DNA of 62,568 nucleotides, the filler included, from Nemertoderma westbladi (Eukaryota > Animalia > Xenacoelomorpha): the NCBI GenBank assembly GCA_032718475.1. It is 3 parts of 3 records of this genome, joined end to end, with 100 filler letters (N's around TTAATTAATTAA, not from the genome) between each part and the next. Parts side by side here need not be neighbours in the genome. Positions count along the whole stretch, not along the records: positions 56,240 to 62,568 come from JAUCBJ010003512.1; 2 more parts are not named here. One strand, given 5' to 3'. The notes beneath the pieces are model-generated. The model was not told the origin of the DNA, did no database searches, and saw only the letters and a program-made list of their open reading frames with translations. Positions within the stretch are counted from its first letter, which is position 1; each line of letters starts with the position of its first letter. Shown one piece after another: positions 59,794 through 62,568 of the stretch. Both the position numbers and the translations under genes were made by a program.

Positions 59794-60414
59794 TCAAATA
59801 CGTTAACAAGAATGTCGTCAGATTCGTTTTATTCAGCCCGGGGAGATTTATCTGACAATGAAGACATTGTCCCAGTCCCAGAAGAATCACAGCCAGTCCC
59901 GTCTGGCCCATCTAGAAAACGGAAACGGCCATCGCTGTTGAAAAGATTTGGGAGAAATATAAGAAGTCATGGACCCTGTTTCGGGTTCATAAAGTTTGAG
60001 TTTACTCACTCACTTCCCTTACTTTTCGCTAAATATCGTCAAAACGAAAAAAAGATATGACGAATAAAATTTCCATAAAATCTTCATCAAATAAAATAAA
60101 AATTCGGACAAAATGAGATAACCAAAAGGAAATCTGACTAAATGTGAGATAAGCAGAAACGGCGTTTTAAACTTAAGGGCCCGTTTCTTTGGACACCTTT
60201 CCGGCCTTTCGGTGTGTAGTTCTTCTAAATTGGAAATTAGAATACTTTTCGACATATTAATTTTGTTGACTATTATCTAAAATAAAATTCGCGATAAAAG
60301 TTGAATTTTCGGCACTGCCCAAAAAATAAACTCGCAGTGAATTAAGTGGGCATGTAGACTTTGGTATATATTTTGTGAAATACTTCAGAAATTCCAAATA
60401 AACATTGCAATAAT

Positions 60415-62051
60415 TATAGTGAATATAATAAAGTTAGCAACAAACAGGAATCAGTTAGTAGATGAATTAGCGAATATAATAAAGTTAGCAACAAACAGGA
60501 ATCAGTTAGTAGATGAATTAGCGAATATAATAAAGTTAGCAACAAACAGGAATCAGTTAGTAGATGAATTAGCGAATATAATAAAGTTAGCAACAAACAG
60601 GAATCAGTTAGTAGATGAATTAGCGAATATAATAAAGTTAGCAACAAACAGGAATCAGTTAGTAGATGAATTAGCGAATATAATAAAGTTAGCAACAAAC
60701 AGGAATCAGTTAGTAGATGAATTAGCGAATATAATAAAGTTAGCAACAAACAGGAATCAGTTAGTAGATGAATTAGCGAATATAATAAAGTTAGCAACAA
60801 ACAGGAATCAGTTAGTAGATGAATTAGCGAATATAATAAAGTTAGCAACAAACAGGAATCAGTTAGTAGATGAATTAGCGAATATAATAAAGTTAGCAAC
60901 AAACAGGAATCAGTTAGTAGATGAATTAGCGAATATAATAAAGTTAGCAACAAACAGGAATCAGTTAGTAGATGAATTAGCGAATATAATAAAGTTAGCA
61001 ACAAACAGGAATCAGTTAAGATTAATTAGCGAATATAATAAAGTTAGCAACAAACAGGAATCAGTTAGTAGGTGAATTAGCGAATATAATAAAGTTAGCA
61101 ACAAACACGAATCAGTTAGTAGATGAATTAGCGAATATAATAAAGTTAGCAACAAACAGGAATCAGTTAGTAGGTGAATTAGCCAATATAATAAAGTTAG
61201 CAACAAACAGGAACCAGTTAGTAGATGAATTAGCGAATATAATAAAGTTAGCAACAAACAGGAATCAGTTAGTAGATGAATTAGCGAATATAATAAAATT
61301 AGCAACAAACAGGAATCAGTTAGTAGATGAATTAGCGAATATAATAAAGTTAGCAACAAACAGGAATCAGTTAGTAGATGAATTAGCGAATATAATAAAG
61401 ATAGCAACAAACAGGAATCAGTTAGTAGATGAATTAGCGAATATAATAAAGTTAGCAACAAACAGGAATCAGTTAGTAGATGAATTAGCGAATATAATAA
61501 AGTTAGCAACAAACAGGAATCAGTTAGTAGATGAATTAGCGAATATAATAAAGTTAGCAACAAACAGGCATCAGTTAGTAGATGAATTAGCGAATATAAT
61601 AAAGTTAGCAACAAACAGGAATCAGTTAGTACATGAATTAGCGAATATAATAAAGTTAGCAACAAACAGGAATCAGTTAGTAGATGAATTAGCGAATATA
61701 ATAAAGTTAGCAACAAGCAGGAATCAGTTAGTAGATGAATTAGCGAATATAATAAAGTTAGCAACAAGCAGGAATCAGTTAGTAGATGAATTAGCGAATA
61801 TAATAAAGTTAGCAACAAACAGGAATCAGTTAGTAGATGAATTAGCGAATATAATAAAGTTAGCAACAAACAGGAATCAGTTAGTAGATGAATTAGCGAA
61901 TATAATAAAGTTAGCAACAAACAGGAATCAGTTAGTAGATGAATTAGCGAATATAATAAAGTTAGCAACAAACAGGAATCAGTTAGTAGATAATTAGCGA
62001 ATATAATAAAGTTAGCAACAAACAGGAATCAGTTAGTAGGTGAATTAGCAA
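60415..62051. repeat. 51-bp tandem satellite, ~32 highly homogeneous units
   Basis: Unit GAATATAATAAAGTTAGCAACAAACAGGAATCAGTTAGTAGATGAATTAGC. Confidence 0.97.
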
Positions 62052-62167
62052 ATGGTTTGAAAGTTTCAGTTTTGAATTATTATCCGATATGATTGACGTT
62101 GATGTCTATTTTGATTGATTTTGATTACCAGATGACTTGGTTGAGCGCGAGGATGAGCATTAGCCCC

Positions 62168-62270
62168 TTAGCCAATACAACGACAGCTGTACCTAAAAAA
62201 TAGATAAGTTGCAAACGGTTAGCCAATACAACGACAGCTGTACCTGAAACATAGATGAGTTGCAACGGTT
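62168..62270 (+). repeat. ~51-bp direct repeat x2 with CCAAT and CAGCTG motifs
   Basis: TTAGCCAATACAACGACAGCTGTACCT occurs twice. Confidence 0.8.
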
Positions 62271-62568
62271 ATAGTTTAAAGTTGAAATTATTTATCATCT
62301 CTGTAAAAAAAAACTGAATAAGACGAATTTAAGCAAAACTACAGATATTATTATCTTTACATACCGGCGCAGTATCCATCGTCACGAGTTATGTATCCTG
62401 GATCAAATTTACATCGACAGACCTTCTTCAGCTCCGACCTAGGTGCCCCTGGTGGCCCAAGGTAACCACAAGTCTGGTTGAGTGCGTAATCACATTGGTG
62501 GCTCTGGGCACAGGGTCGGTCTACAAATTAATGAATATTCTATAATAAAACTTTTTAGCCCCTATTGC

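Noticed and set aside
60414-61971. Long ORFs on both strands (LLTLLYSLIH.../NIIKLATNRN...)
   Set aside because: A by-product of a 51-bp (17-codon) unit lacking stops; no start context or unique domain
60415-62051. CRISPR-like array
   Set aside because: No unique spacers and no cas genes; eukaryotic context

Overview
Repeat-rich eukaryotic (invertebrate-animal-like) DNA made of three separate contigs (1-26307, 26408-56139, 56240-62568) joined by artificial 100-nt N/TTAATTAATTAA linkers. The only clear host gene is an intronless, GC-rich salt-inducible-kinase-like ORF (24629-26254), cut off at the contig end by a head-to-head amplification adapter that supplies a false stop codon. The rest is mostly transposable elements. 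There are three copies of an unusually large BEL/Pao LTR retrotransposon; two appear to be in tandem, with a multi-kb structured leader. Two Ty3/Gypsy elements and a 7.4-kb APE-RT LINE are nested inside the BEL copies. There are also RTE LINEs (one inserted into its own family member), a nest of MITEs, tRNA-type SINEs and a 51-bp satellite. The most notable item is the nested LINE: its ORF1 carries a Ulp1/SENP-type (C48) cysteine-protease domain with His-Asp-Gln-Cys residues and a ~30x PPSSHPDSN repeat ahead of the usual coiled-coil/RRM-like part. Family assignments rest on motif recognition only; no searches were run.
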